Shown: positions 18,274 to 27,880 of the stretch, piece after piece
How positions within the stretch are numbered: position 1 is the stretch's first letter
Layout: the number at the start of each line of letters is the position of its first letter
Source: a virus
Taxonomy: Duplodnaviria > Caudoviricetes
Strand: one strand, 5' to 3'
Virus record (IMG/VR): IMGVR_UViG_3300020161_001040
Location: 6,467 to 70,466 of that record
Length of the DNA stretch: 64,000 nt
Translations under genes and position numbers: made by a program
Notes under the pieces: model-generated
The model's input: only the letters and a program-made list of their open reading frames with translations
Databases searched by the model: none
Told to the model about the DNA's origin: nothing

Positions 18274-19146
18274 ATGGAGATTATTATGCCGATTTCGGCC
18301 ACCATTATAGCTGATAGTGCCACCCCCACTGATATTCGAGTAACGACTCTCAAATTGCGTTATCCGAGACTGATTCATAGCGAATTTATGACCCATCGAG
18401 TGCTGTCTCGTAACGCTAGCAGCAGTCGTGCTATTCCGGTAGAGCGTCTAATTAAAGACGTCATTGATGACCCTGCGATGCCTATTTATTGGGGATCAAA
18501 TAAGAAGGGGATGCAAGCTGGGGCAGAGGTGGAGAACACTTTCCTAGCTGGACGCCGTTGGCTCGCTGCTCGCGATTCGGCTGTTGAGCAAGCAAGGCTC
18601 CTCAATAATCTAGGGCTTCACAAGCAAATCGTCAATAGAGTGCTTGAATCATTCGCCCACATTAATGTACTAGTTACCGCTACCGACTGGAATAATTTCT
18701 TTTCTTTGCGGCGTCATCCCGATGCTCAGCCAGAAATCAAGGCATTGGCTGATGCCATCGCGGATGCTATGTCTAATAATCGTCCGAAATTTATCAATTA
18801 TAATGACTGGCATCTGCCATACGTCAACGACGACGACATTGCTTCGGCTGTCAAAGAAGAAGGTGGCCAAGCTCTGGCTCGTCTACTCAAGGTCAGCACC
18901 GCCCGCTCCGCCAGAGTTTCTTACGAAACCTTCGAAACCGGAAAGATTTCCACGTTTGAGGAAGACGACCGCCTTCACACTCAATTAGTAGTGTCTCAAC
19001 CGGTTCACGCGTCACCCGCCGAACACCAAGTTACTCCCGATATGAAGGACGAGTCGGGTAACTGGAAGAATAGGCACCTCCATGGTAACCTACGTGGAGT
19101 GATCCAGTATAGAAAGCTGATCGCGGGGGAGGCAGTGTATGGTTAA
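18274..19146 (+). CDS. thyX: Flavin-dependent thymidylate synthase
   Basis: RYPRLIHSEFMTHRVLSRNASSSRAIP, RRHPDAQPEI, HASPAEH. Confidence 0.9.
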   Translation: MEIIMPISATIIADSATPTDIRVTTLKLRYPRLIHSEFMTHRVLSRNASSSRAIPVERLIKDVIDDPAMPIYWGSNKKGMQAGAEVENTFLAGRRWLAARDSAVEQARLLNNLGLHKQIVNRVLESFAHINVLVTATDWNNFFSLRRHPDAQPEIKALADAIADAMSNNRPKFINYNDWHLPYVNDDDIASAVKEEGGQALARLLKVSTARSARVSYETFETGKISTFEEDDRLHTQLVVSQPVHASPAEHQVTPDMKDESGNWKNRHLHGNLRGVIQYRKLIAGEAVYG

Positions 19147-19576
19147 TTTGGCCTACATTTCAGGATCTATAACGTATTCTCCGAATTGGGAAGACACTCG
19201 ATCTAAATTCGATCAAACGGAGAAGATTCTGAATGTTTGTGGCTACGAAGTGTTCCAGCCATACAAGGCCATCCAAGGGCTGGATCACTCCAAAGCTGAA
19301 GATCGCCAAAGAATATATGATATTGATACCACCTCGTTATCTAAAAGCACCCTAGTAGTAGCGTATTTGGACGAACCATCCTTTGGCGCTGGATACGAGG
19401 TGTGCTATGCTATGGACTGTGACATTTCGGTAATAGGCATTTTCAAAGCCAGTAATCCCTCGCCGTTCATGCTAGGATGCTTAGAAAAATATCCATGGTC
19501 GTCTATCATTCTTTATGAAAGACTGCACGACGCATGGATTCAACTGGCCGTTGCGGCTGATCGCTGGAGAAAATGA
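19139..19576 (+). CDS. Nucleoside 2-deoxyribosyltransferase / DNPH1-like N-glycosidase
   Basis: YISGS, IYDID..L..S..VVA, PSFGAGYEV. Confidence 0.7.
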   Translation: MVNLAYISGSITYSPNWEDTRSKFDQTEKILNVCGYEVFQPYKAIQGLDHSKAEDRQRIYDIDTTSLSKSTLVVAYLDEPSFGAGYEVCYAMDCDISVIGIFKASNPSPFMLGCLEKYPWSSIILYERLHDAWIQLAVAADRWRK

Positions 19577-19577
19577 G

Positions 19578-19853
19578 ATGGAGGTTCCCAAGCACTTTAT
19601 AATAAAGATCGAGATGCCCAACGGCGAATTAATAGACAGTTATGAAATAGCAAGTTCTAACAGCCTAATAGCGGTCTTGGGTAACATCGGGGGCAAGTAT
19701 CAAATGATGCAGCTCCCGGTTCATAACATCGGAATGAAGACGATGCTTGTCACGATATTCATGTCTATCGTGGACGCTGAGTCGAGAAAGGTGAATAATG
19801 ATCGTAAGCAAGATCACGCCCATCAAGCGAGGAAGATCGAAGAAGCCAGCTGA
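19578..19853 (+). CDS. Hypothetical protein
   Basis: ATG just after upstream stop, GGAG RBS. Confidence 0.55.
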   Translation: MEVPKHFIIKIEMPNGELIDSYEIASSNSLIAVLGNIGGKYQMMQLPVHNIGMKTMLVTIFMSIVDAESRKVNNDRKQDHAHQARKIEEAS

Positions 19854-19992
19854 GGATTATCTAAAGCCATTTATAGGCAAGCCAGGAATGAATGGCAGAT
19901 CGTTGCCCCCAGGTTGTCCAACAAGCAGTATTGATGAGATATTTCAATGGATGGCTACCAAAGCGAGAGACGTGGATAAGAACAATGGGTAG
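19798..19992 (+). CDS. Hypothetical protein
   Basis: AAAGG RBS; 64 aa. Confidence 0.45.
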   Translation: MIVSKITPIKRGRSKKPAEDYLKPFIGKPGMNGRSLPPGCPTSSIDEIFQWMATKARDVDKNNG

Positions 19993-20007
19993 CGCTGATG
20001 CTCAAGC

Positions 20008-20018
20008 CGTGGTACTAT
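20008..20018 (+). promoter_or_regulatory. Putative extended -10 promoter (CGTGGTACTAT)
   Basis: Intergenic, upstream of helicase. Confidence 0.5.
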
Positions 20019-20053
20019 ATACCTATCATCAGACATAGCCGAGAGAGGGCTAA

Positions 20054-21634
20054 ATGAACGCCATAAGCTCCCACACTGTCCAGGATACGGCTCCGATTGT
20101 GCCGTCCCCCTATCAGAGCGTCATCCTGAACAACTATGATCGCCATAACATGCTCATCCAGGCGGTGGCCGGTTCGGGCAAGTCGAAGACGCTTGAACTA
20201 CTCTGCCAACAGATCGGCAAAAGCGCGGGACGCACCTGCCTTTTGGCTTTCAACAAGACCATCGCCACGGTCCTCAAGAATCGCGGACTCCCCGCCTCTA
20301 CCTTTAATTCGCTGGGGTATGGGGTAGTGATGAATGCGTTTAAGAACCCTGTGCTGGACGGCGATAAGGTCGCCAATACTGTTAAGGGGATGATGACGCC
20401 GAAAGATATGAAGGCCATCGGATCGGCCACAATTAATTTGGTGTCCAAGGCTTATACCATCGGGCTCGTGCCGGATCACCGAATGGTGCGTAGCTTGTCG
20501 CTCAATCCGGTCACCAAGGAATACGCCGGGGTGTGGCAGGAGCTTATCGATACTTACGACATCGATACTACGTCTGCCAACGGCGAGATTGATAACACCA
20601 TCGAGATCATCGAGGCTTCGCGCGACGTTTTGGCTCGTTGCTTGGCCACTACCAACATCGTATCGTTCGATGATCAGATCTCGTTTCCTGTCCTTTATGG
20701 CTTGCCGATGCGCCAGTACGACCATTTGATGGTCGATGAGGCTCAGGACACCAATCTGGTTCAAATGGCTTTCCTCAAGAAGGCCCTGGCTCGCAATGGC
20801 AGGTTCACTGCGGTAGGCGATAGGTTCCAGTCGCTCTACATGTTCCGTGGCGCGGCGTCCGACGCGATGGATCGGATCAAGCGTGAATTTGAATGCGTCG
20901 AATACCCACTCTCGATCTGTTATCGCTGCCCTAAAAAGGTGGTCGAGGTCGCGAAGGCCCTGGTACCTCAAATTGAGGCAGCAGAGTGGAAGGGAGAGGG
21001 TATCGTAGAACATCTAGAGAAGCATGGGCCGTCCACTTACAAGACGGGTGATATTATCGTGAGCCGCAAGAACGCAGATCTAGTCTCGATGGCCTACAAG
21101 TTGATGGCGGCGCGAGTGCCCTGCGGAATCCTCGGACGCGACATGATTAGCGGCCTGATCACCTTGATGAGAAAGATCGAGAGCAACTATGTCATGCAGG
21201 GGCGCACCGAGAATCAGATTGAGTTCCTCATTACGTCTCTGGAATCTTGGCGCGACCGGGAGGTCCAAAAGGCTAAGGTAAAGGACGACGAGGGCAAGAT
21301 TCAGGCCATCACCGACAAGTTTGATACGATGATGGTCATTATCGATTCGTCCGACGCCATCACCATTAGCAGCGTTATTAACGAATGCCTCTCGATGTTC
21401 AGCGCCGACAAGGATTTGGAGGCGATGAAAAGGACCAAGGTCGTCCTCATGACCATCCATAAATCGAAAGGAGACGAGGCTCCCCGTATTTTCTGGCTTG
21501 AGCGCGACAACTGCCCGTCCGGTTGGGCGAGGACTAAGGAGCAGGAACATACGGAGCTTTGCATCCAGTATGTGGCTATTACTCGCGCTCAAGAGGCTCT
21601 ATACTACATCGATTTGTCCGGATGGAATGTATGA
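20054..21634 (+). CDS. UvrD/Rep-like SF1 helicase
   Basis: AVAGSGKS, VDEAQD, GDRFQSLYMFRGA, CYRCP, TIHKSKGDE, YVAITRA. Confidence 0.92.
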   Translation: MNAISSHTVQDTAPIVPSPYQSVILNNYDRHNMLIQAVAGSGKSKTLELLCQQIGKSAGRTCLLAFNKTIATVLKNRGLPASTFNSLGYGVVMNAFKNPVLDGDKVANTVKGMMTPKDMKAIGSATINLVSKAYTIGLVPDHRMVRSLSLNPVTKEYAGVWQELIDTYDIDTTSANGEIDNTIEIIEASRDVLARCLATTNIVSFDDQISFPVLYGLPMRQYDHLMVDEAQDTNLVQMAFLKKALARNGRFTAVGDRFQSLYMFRGAASDAMDRIKREFECVEYPLSICYRCPKKVVEVAKALVPQIEAAEWKGEGIVEHLEKHGPSTYKTGDIIVSRKNADLVSMAYKLMAARVPCGILGRDMISGLITLMRKIESNYVMQGRTENQIEFLITSLESWRDREVQKAKVKDDEGKIQAITDKFDTMMVIIDSSDAITISSVINECLSMFSADKDLEAMKRTKVVLMTIHKSKGDEAPRIFWLERDNCPSGWARTKEQEHTELCIQYVAITRAQEALYYIDLSGWNV

Positions 21635-21960
21635 TTAGTAAGGTTTGGATCACACAGCAGATACCACATCTGAATTATCAAAACGCCGGGCGATTTGGCG
21701 AGTTAGCGACGATTGCCACAGTTACGGATGAAATCGGATCAACTGAGGCGGCTGAGAAGTTCGACCTCAAAATCCTTGCATTTCTGGACGAATACAATCC
21801 AGATATCGACCATATCGTTCTGTCCGGTGACCCTGCCATTATAGCTGCGGTCATGATGGCCGTTGGCGAGGAGTATTCGGGCATCGACAAGATGATATCA
21901 CTTCTGAAATGGGATCACAAATTTCAGAAGTATAGGCAGATTAACCTCAGATCTCAATAG
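21631..21960 (+). CDS. Conserved phage hypothetical protein
   Basis: ATGA overlap; D.IVLSGDP..I..LLKWD pattern. Confidence 0.7.
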   Translation: MISKVWITQQIPHLNYQNAGRFGELATIATVTDEIGSTEAAEKFDLKILAFLDEYNPDIDHIVLSGDPAIIAAVMMAVGEEYSGIDKMISLLKWDHKFQKYRQINLRSQ

Positions 21961-21966
21961 GAGAGT

Positions 21967-22566
21967 GTGTTGCTAGACCCAACTAAGCTTGCCCAGATTC
22001 AGGCTACCACCGAGTTCTTAGCGAGAGAGCTTGAGAAGCTATACAAGGCTTTGGCCGAAATCGTGGATGGCACCGAGAAGGTTGCCGAAATCGCTGAGTC
22101 ATTCGTGGTCGTGAAGGGTTCGGCGGAAACCTTGCATGAAGCCATCAAGAACCTCAACAAGCTGAAGGAACACATTTCCTACACCAAGCTCCCCGAAGCA
22201 TTCTTTGAGGAAGAGATCAAGACCCTCACCACCGAAAGCGGGTATCGAATCACTATCTCGTCTCGTATGTCCGTCACTTTCCAGCAGGTCGAAGTTGATC
22301 GCGATTGGCTCGCGGACCAGCCTTGGGCCGAAGAGTTCGTTACTCGGATCAGCAATCAGCCCGATCTCCGTGTCACGGGTAAGATGGCTGGGTACGAATG
22401 GCTTAAGGCCCACGATATGGGTGCCTTGATCCAAGAAACGGTCAACGCGTCCTCGCTGTCTTCGGCTATCAAGGAATTGATCGAGGAAGAGGGCAAGGAT
22501 CCACCCGATCAGATATTCTCGGTCAAGCCCGCGCCTTTCGCCAGCGTCACCAAAGTCAAGCGCTGA
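21967..22566 (+). CDS. Conserved phage replication-module hypothetical protein
   Basis: AGGAG RBS; LP..F..E.I..L..ESG.RIT, LIQETVNA.SL pattern. Confidence 0.75.
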   Translation: MLLDPTKLAQIQATTEFLARELEKLYKALAEIVDGTEKVAEIAESFVVVKGSAETLHEAIKNLNKLKEHISYTKLPEAFFEEEIKTLTTESGYRITISSRMSVTFQQVEVDRDWLADQPWAEEFVTRISNQPDLRVTGKMAGYEWLKAHDMGALIQETVNASSLSSAIKELIEEEGKDPPDQIFSVKPAPFASVTKVKR

Positions 22567-22590
22567 CCAAGATCAGCCGATAATGGGGTG

Positions 22591-22614
22591 GGGAGGCGTC
22601 ACGCGGCGTCTCCC
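22591..22614 (+). terminator. Hairpin downstream of ORF 21967
   Basis: GGGAGGCGTC-acgc-GGCGTCTCCC 10-bp stem with GU pairs. Confidence 0.45.
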
Positions 22615-22658
22615 ATCGCCATGTCAGGGTCCAGCCGATAGAGAGGGGTGATACACCG

Positions 22659-22859
22659 ATGTCTGACCAGTTAATTGAGAAGATAGCCAGGACCATCGCG
22701 TTGGTTAACGGGAAAGATCCCGACCAATTGTCTTGGGGAATGGACGAAGAATCCAGTAGACAAATCCAGAGGCCCATCTGGCACTTCTACAAACGTCAAG
22801 CCGAGATGCATATAGAAGTGTACAAGATATTGAAGCTCTATGACTCCGGTAATTCATAA
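22659..22859 (+). CDS. Hypothetical protein
   Basis: GAGGGG RBS. Confidence 0.65.
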   Translation: MSDQLIEKIARTIALVNGKDPDQLSWGMDEESSRQIQRPIWHFYKRQAEMHIEVYKILKLYDSGNS

Positions 22860-23172
22860 TATACTTCTAGACGAAACCATTCGAGAATTTAAGCGATCTA
22901 CGGGTCCAAGTGTTAGTATTAATATGAAAATAGCTAAAGTTATCGGATACGGCAGTTCATCGACCGTCGCCCCTCCTAATTGGACGGGCGATTTCCACGC
23001 TGCGTTGACCTTCCTTCCAAAAAATTATGTTTGGTCGGTAGGGTGGGACAGCAATTATTACGCCACTTGCCACACTAGAATCAGGCACTCAGTGGCTCCT
23101 GTTAGACATCACGGAACAACGATTCCATTGGCTCTCAGCTTGGCTATTTTGAGCGCCATACGGAGCCATTGA
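22840..23172 (+). CDS. ABA-sandwich-like paralog
   Basis: INMKIA..PNWTGDFHAALTFLP..W..PLALSLAIL pattern. Confidence 0.5.
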   Translation: MTPVIHNILLDETIREFKRSTGPSVSINMKIAKVIGYGSSSTVAPPNWTGDFHAALTFLPKNYVWSVGWDSNYYATCHTRIRHSVAPVRHHGTTIPLALSLAILSAIRSH

Positions 23173-23198
23173 ATATACCATAGCTCCCATACTGCGAG

Positions 23199-23209
23199 CG
23201 TGGTATGAT
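23199..23209 (+). promoter_or_regulatory. Putative extended -10 promoter (CGTGGTATGAT)
   Basis: Intergenic, upstream of ORF 23276. Confidence 0.55.
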
Positions 23210-23275
23210 CAGCGCTGTCGGTCAATTAGGTTGGCCGATGATCCAAATGATCTCCTAATATGAGGACAAAGCATA

Positions 23276-24106
23276 ATGGCTAAAGGTACTGAAGTAACCA
23301 AGAAGGAAGAATCCGGCGCGCTGGCTCTTCCTGACTGGATGAGGGGCGAGCAAAACACCGGGGTTATGGGGATTGACCAGGAAGACGTCGCTCTTCCTAG
23401 AATTTCCCTTCTCCAGGCACTGTCTCCGCAGGTTTCGGATGGTAGCGGTCGCCCCGGTGAATACTACCACCTGTTGTCTGAGGACAACCTAGGTAAGTCC
23501 TTCCGGATGATCCCCGTGCTGGTGACGAAGAGTTACCTGCTCTGGCGTCCCCGCAATGCTGGTGGTGGTCTTCTTGCTCGCGCGGATGATGGTGTCCATT
23601 GGTCCCCCGCAGATGCTGAATTTACCTTCGAAGTCGATGGCAAGCGCATCACGTGGCGCACCGCCAAGACGGTGAAGGAGTCTCGTCTCGATACTTGGGG
23701 CTCGTTCGACCCGTCCAATCCACAGTCGCTCCCGGCAGCCACTAAACTGCTGAACGTTCTCGCCTACCTTCCGGACTATCCGAACCTGTCCCCGTCGATT
23801 GTGTCGCTGCAGCGCGCCCTGCTCAAGCCGGGCCGCAAGTTCGTCGGCAGACTGCAAATGTCGCAGGCTCCGACTTACGGCATGATCTTCAACGTGGGAT
23901 CGGAGAAGATCCCTTCGCCCAAGGGTGAGTTCATGTCCCCGACCTTCACTTCCGATGGCTTCGTGCAGGATAAGGACCTGTTCAATCGCCTCAAGGAAAT
24001 GAATGAGCACTTCCGCAATGTCGGCGTGAAGGTAGTCGAGAAGGGTCTGGACGAGGAGTCCGAACAGTCTGGCGAAGGCGTTGGCCCGAAGGACACCGAG
24101 TTCTAA
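23276..24106 (+). CDS. Putative ssDNA-binding/recombination protein
   Basis: LPRISLLQALSPQV motif; acidic C-tail ending in Phe, typical of phage SSBs; replication context. Confidence 0.55.
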   Translation: MAKGTEVTKKEESGALALPDWMRGEQNTGVMGIDQEDVALPRISLLQALSPQVSDGSGRPGEYYHLLSEDNLGKSFRMIPVLVTKSYLLWRPRNAGGGLLARADDGVHWSPADAEFTFEVDGKRITWRTAKTVKESRLDTWGSFDPSNPQSLPAATKLLNVLAYLPDYPNLSPSIVSLQRALLKPGRKFVGRLQMSQAPTYGMIFNVGSEKIPSPKGEFMSPTFTSDGFVQDKDLFNRLKEMNEHFRNVGVKVVEKGLDEESEQSGEGVGPKDTEF

Positions 24107-24113
24107 CAACAAC

Positions 24114-24141
24114 AGGGCCGGATGGGGAACCCTCCGGCCCT
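24114..24141 (+). terminator. Terminator-like hairpin
   Basis: AGGGCCGGA..TCCGGCCCT 9-bp stem plus inner GGG/CCC. Confidence 0.55.
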
Positions 24142-24161
24142 AATTGTATTTGGAGCATGAC

Positions 24162-24581
24162 ATGCCGAAGTATACTGTTGCCGAGTGCTTTGACTCCGCT
24201 CAGGGCGCTGGTATTTGGAGAGACGGTTCCGAGATTCTCCGCACGACTTTGATGGATGAGTCGGCTGAGAAACACACCGAGATCGCGAAGTTTGTGGCTA
24301 AGGCATTAGAGGAAGCGGAGGCCAGAAGGACCAGTGGATCAAGCACCACTCAGCGTGCCTCTACCTCTAGCCGCTCAGGGTCTGAAACATTCGACATCGC
24401 GTGGATGAAGGAGCTTCTGGCAGACGCTATGAAGTACCCCAACCTGTCGGGCTTCGAAGAGGATTTTGTCCGGAGCATCAAGGACAAGATCGATCAATAC
24501 GCCGAGCGCACTTTCATTTCTCCGAAACAAATGGAGATCCTCAAGAGAATCGAGGACAAGATTCACGGAGGGGGCCGGTAA
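24162..24581 (+). CDS. Hypothetical protein
   Basis: GGAG RBS; stop overlaps next ATG. Confidence 0.65.
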   Translation: MPKYTVAECFDSAQGAGIWRDGSEILRTTLMDESAEKHTEIAKFVAKALEEAEARRTSGSSTTQRASTSSRSGSETFDIAWMKELLADAMKYPNLSGFEEDFVRSIKDKIDQYAERTFISPKQMEILKRIEDKIHGGGR

Positions 24582-25171
24582 TGGAAGTTATTAATTTCGT
24601 CGTCGATATCGAGACGATGGGTAATGTTTCTGGCTCAGCCATCACCGAAATCGCCGCCGTGTCGTTTGTCGGGAACGACTTCGATCCGGATTGCTGCAAT
24701 CGGTTTAGAGTGGCAATCGATTTAGAGTCATGTTTAAGCGTCGGCTTGGGCGTCACTGAGTCAACCATCAAATGGTGGCTAAATCAGCCCAAGGAAGCCC
24801 AGGCCCTGTATCGCGAAGAGGGAGTCCATATTAAGGAGGCCCTAATTTATCTTCAATCGTGGTGTCGTGGACAGATTGAGGGAGACATCCCATTTGATAA
24901 GAATGATCAACTTGAGAAGCCTTACCGAGTGTGGAGTCACGCTACGTTTGACTTCCCAATGATCGAGGCAGCCTATGCAAAGTGCAGTCTAATCTCTCCG
25001 TGGGCATATTGGTCTGCTAGAGACGTTCGGACAGTCTTGGATTTGGCGTCCGGAGGACCGGGAAAGTATCCGAATATCCCGTTTGTGGGGGTCAAGCATA
25101 GGGCTCTCGACGATGCTATCCATGAGGCCAAGCAGGTTTCCGCCTCCTTAGTCCAACTCGCGAGGGTGTAA
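24581..25171 (+). CDS. DEDDh 3'-5' exonuclease (exoribonuclease/DUF5051-like)
   Basis: VDIETMG, ATFDFPMI, RDVRT, HRALDDA. Confidence 0.85.
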   Translation: MEVINFVVDIETMGNVSGSAITEIAAVSFVGNDFDPDCCNRFRVAIDLESCLSVGLGVTESTIKWWLNQPKEAQALYREEGVHIKEALIYLQSWCRGQIEGDIPFDKNDQLEKPYRVWSHATFDFPMIEAAYAKCSLISPWAYWSARDVRTVLDLASGGPGKYPNIPFVGVKHRALDDAIHEAKQVSASLVQLARV

Positions 25172-27072
25172 TGCTCCTGGATATTACCTCCGACCGTAGG
25201 AAGCTGAATCACGACGAAATTCAGCGGTGCATGAATGCGCTGCGTGGCACGAGAGACGTCGTGGTTGACGTCGAAACCTCGGGCCTAGATAAGCATCGCT
25301 GTTTCGTGGTTGGGTACGTATTTACCGTTGGGCCGCGTCCTGACGATACTTGGTACCTTCCGGTGCGACACGCGGACGGAGGTAATATTCCTGGATGTAG
25401 ACTACCTAAGTCCGTGCATGATTTCGTACTCGGAAGAGACGATCACCCCATTGAGTCCGAGATTCGCAAGATATTTCTCGACCCCAATAGACATTGGGTA
25501 GGTCACAATATTAAATATGACCTCTGGCTGTTGTCCAGACACGGCATCGTCGTCGAGGGAACGGTTGAGGATACACGAGTCAATGCGGCTCTGATCGATG
25601 AACTCCAAGGATCGTTCGATCTAGATACTTGCGCTGAACGGATGAAAATCAGCGGTAAAAAGTTGGACATTTATCCGTATATTAGTAGATATATGCTTGA
25701 GCGTCACGGCAAGAAAGTGCCGGAAGATCGCAAGTCGATGGAGTTTTATTGGATCACTCCGGGTGATGGGCCGTCTGCTGACTACGCGCACCAAGATGGA
25801 ATATCGACATTTGAATTGTGGCAGAAGCAACTCGATGAAATTAATAAGCAAGAACTGGGGGTAGTTCATAGCGTTGAAAAGCGCGTAACGAAGACCCTAT
25901 ATCGCATGGAACGTCGCGGTGTCGCCGTGGACGAATATAGACTCAGGAAGATTGAAGGCAAGATTGAGGAAATGCTACTGGGAGCCAAGAAAAAGCTCCC
26001 TGACGGTTTTAATGTACGATCCACCCCTCAAATTCGCGTGCTAATGGAGAAGAATGGTCACAACGATTGGCCGCTGACTGCTCCAAGTATGAAATTCCCC
26101 AACGGACAGCCTTCTTTCACCGAGAAATTCTTAGTTACTAACGAAATCGGTAAGGCGATCCTTAAGGTTCGCAAGTACGAGAATCTGAATAATACCTTTA
26201 TTGAGGGCTCGGTTAAATCCAACCTGTTTCAAGGGCGAGTCCATTGCGACTTTAACCAAGTCAAGACCGACGAATATGGTACCGTGTCAGGTCGCCTGTC
26301 GTCTTCCGGACCAAATATGCAGCAGATCCCCAAGAGAGACAAGGAAATCTCTCCCTTGCTGCGCCAAATTTATCGACCCATGTCCCCATTCCGGTGGTGG
26401 TCAGCTGACTACTCGCAGCAAGAATACAGAGTGTTTGCCCACTTCGCCAAATCCAGATACGTCTTGGACGCCTATGCCAAAGATCCTCGCACCGATTACC
26501 ACCAGTTGGTTGCTGATTTGCTCGGCGTAGAGCGTGATCCTGCTGCCAAGCGAATTAATCTCGGCGTCATTTACTCGATGGGCGTCCAGAAGCTGGCGGA
26601 GAGTCTTGGCGTAGAATTGAGCGTTGCCCAGGGCTACATGAACAAGATGCGGGCTTTGATGCCCGAAGCTAAGAAATTCAATAGAGACGCTCAGATTGTG
26701 GCTGAGAGAAGAGGATACGTTAAGACTAAGCTCGGTCGCCGCCGTCGCTTCCCGAATGGCTTGTTCTCCAGCAAGGCCGGGAACGGAGTAATTCAAGGGA
26801 CTTCGGCAGACATGACCAAACTGAAGATGGCCGAGATCGATGAATTCTTAGCGTCCAACAACGCCCAGAGTGGTATGATCTTACAAATTCATGACTCATT
26901 GGAATTTGAGTTCGTGGAAGAAGAACGTCATCTCATGGACGAGGCAATGCGGATCATGTGCAGCTTCGGACCGAGTGACGTTTTCCAGCTAGACGTTCCG
27001 ATCACCAACGACGTCGCAGTTGGTGACAGTTGGGGGCACGCGACCTTCTCTAAGTATGCCGATTGGGTGTAG
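25171..27072 (+). CDS. polA: Family A DNA polymerase with 3'-5' exonuclease domain
   Basis: DVETSG, GHNIKYD, YAHQD; SGRLSSSGPNMQQIP, ADYSQQEYR, AKRINLGVIY, QIHD. Confidence 0.95.
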   Translation: MLLDITSDRRKLNHDEIQRCMNALRGTRDVVVDVETSGLDKHRCFVVGYVFTVGPRPDDTWYLPVRHADGGNIPGCRLPKSVHDFVLGRDDHPIESEIRKIFLDPNRHWVGHNIKYDLWLLSRHGIVVEGTVEDTRVNAALIDELQGSFDLDTCAERMKISGKKLDIYPYISRYMLERHGKKVPEDRKSMEFYWITPGDGPSADYAHQDGISTFELWQKQLDEINKQELGVVHSVEKRVTKTLYRMERRGVAVDEYRLRKIEGKIEEMLLGAKKKLPDGFNVRSTPQIRVLMEKNGHNDWPLTAPSMKFPNGQPSFTEKFLVTNEIGKAILKVRKYENLNNTFIEGSVKSNLFQGRVHCDFNQVKTDEYGTVSGRLSSSGPNMQQIPKRDKEISPLLRQIYRPMSPFRWWSADYSQQEYRVFAHFAKSRYVLDAYAKDPRTDYHQLVADLLGVERDPAAKRINLGVIYSMGVQKLAESLGVELSVAQGYMNKMRALMPEAKKFNRDAQIVAERRGYVKTKLGRRRRFPNGLFSSKAGNGVIQGTSADMTKLKMAEIDEFLASNNAQSGMILQIHDSLEFEFVEEERHLMDEAMRIMCSFGPSDVFQLDVPITNDVAVGDSWGHATFSKYADWV

Positions 27073-27465
27073 CACGAAAAGAATCTTATTTATATGCTTA
27101 ATGCTAGCGGCCTGCGGAGATTCGCAGGTCATCCAGATCAAGCGGGTAGTGGACGGTGATACCATCGTCCTTGCCGACGAGCGGACTGTCCGTGTCCTGG
27201 GTATTGATACTCCGGAGATCAAAGGCCAATGCCAGAGCGAGCGTGAACGGGTTCAGACCGCCAAAATCCGCATGATGGAACTCGTGTCACGTGGCGTGAG
27301 GATCGAAGTTAGTAGGGATCGCGACCGTTACGGGCGTACCTTGGCACGGGTCTTTGACAACCGTGACCGGGACATTGGCCGAATTTGATTGACGAGGGTT
27401 TGGCGCGTCCTTACAATGGGCGTGGGCAGCGTGGAGGTTGGTGTGATGCAGCGTCTTCTAGATAA
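27056..27465 (+). pseudogene. Thermonuclease (SNase) family lipoprotein split by a 1-nt frameshift
   Basis: LAAC lipobox, VVDGDT, LGIDTPE, DRYGRTLA in frame 1; LIDEGLARPYNGRGQRGGWC in the -1 frame from 27385. Confidence 0.8.
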
Positions 27466-27802
27466 TCCCTTCGCAGGGATTCAGATCTTCGTAAGCAACA
27501 TGGCTTGCGAGCCAAGCGACGAGCGACTTTTTCCGGAAAGCCGCCATCGTTCTAAGCGCATCCTCAAGAAATTAATCAAGCGACACGGCGGCATTTTCCG
27601 AATGAAGCCCGTCATGTTCCAGACGCCTCAAGGCTTGATTGTTCACCCTGCTTTATACCAAACCCTCATAGACGCTCTAGCTCGCCGCGAGAAAGAGGCA
27701 GAATTTGTGACCAAGCGAACCGCTGAGAATCCCGAAGGCCGATCTATGATGGATACCAAGTTCGGGTATTACGGACTCATGACCTCGAAATTCCGTATAT
27801 AG
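27446..27802 (+). CDS. Hypothetical protein
   Basis: GGAGG RBS before ATG 27446. Confidence 0.65.
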   Translation: MQRLLDNPFAGIQIFVSNMACEPSDERLFPESRHRSKRILKKLIKRHGGIFRMKPVMFQTPQGLIVHPALYQTLIDALARREKEAEFVTKRTAENPEGRSMMDTKFGYYGLMTSKFRI

Positions 27803-27826
27803 TACTCGCTATCTATGTTTGGTATA

Positions 27827-27855
27827 TCGACTATAGATAGATCAGTTGGTATAAT
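27827..27855 (+). promoter_or_regulatory. Sigma70-type promoter TCGACT-N17-TATAAT with TG extension
   Basis: Near-consensus boxes at correct spacing. Confidence 0.65.
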
Positions 27856-27880
27856 AGGTTCTCAAAGAGGACCTATTGAC

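Noticed and set aside
20198-21592. 271-aa and 170-aa minus-strand ORFs
   Set aside because: Antisense shadows of the helicase, typical of GC3-biased coding
23489-24112. 207-aa minus-strand ORF
   Set aside because: Antisense to the SSB-like gene
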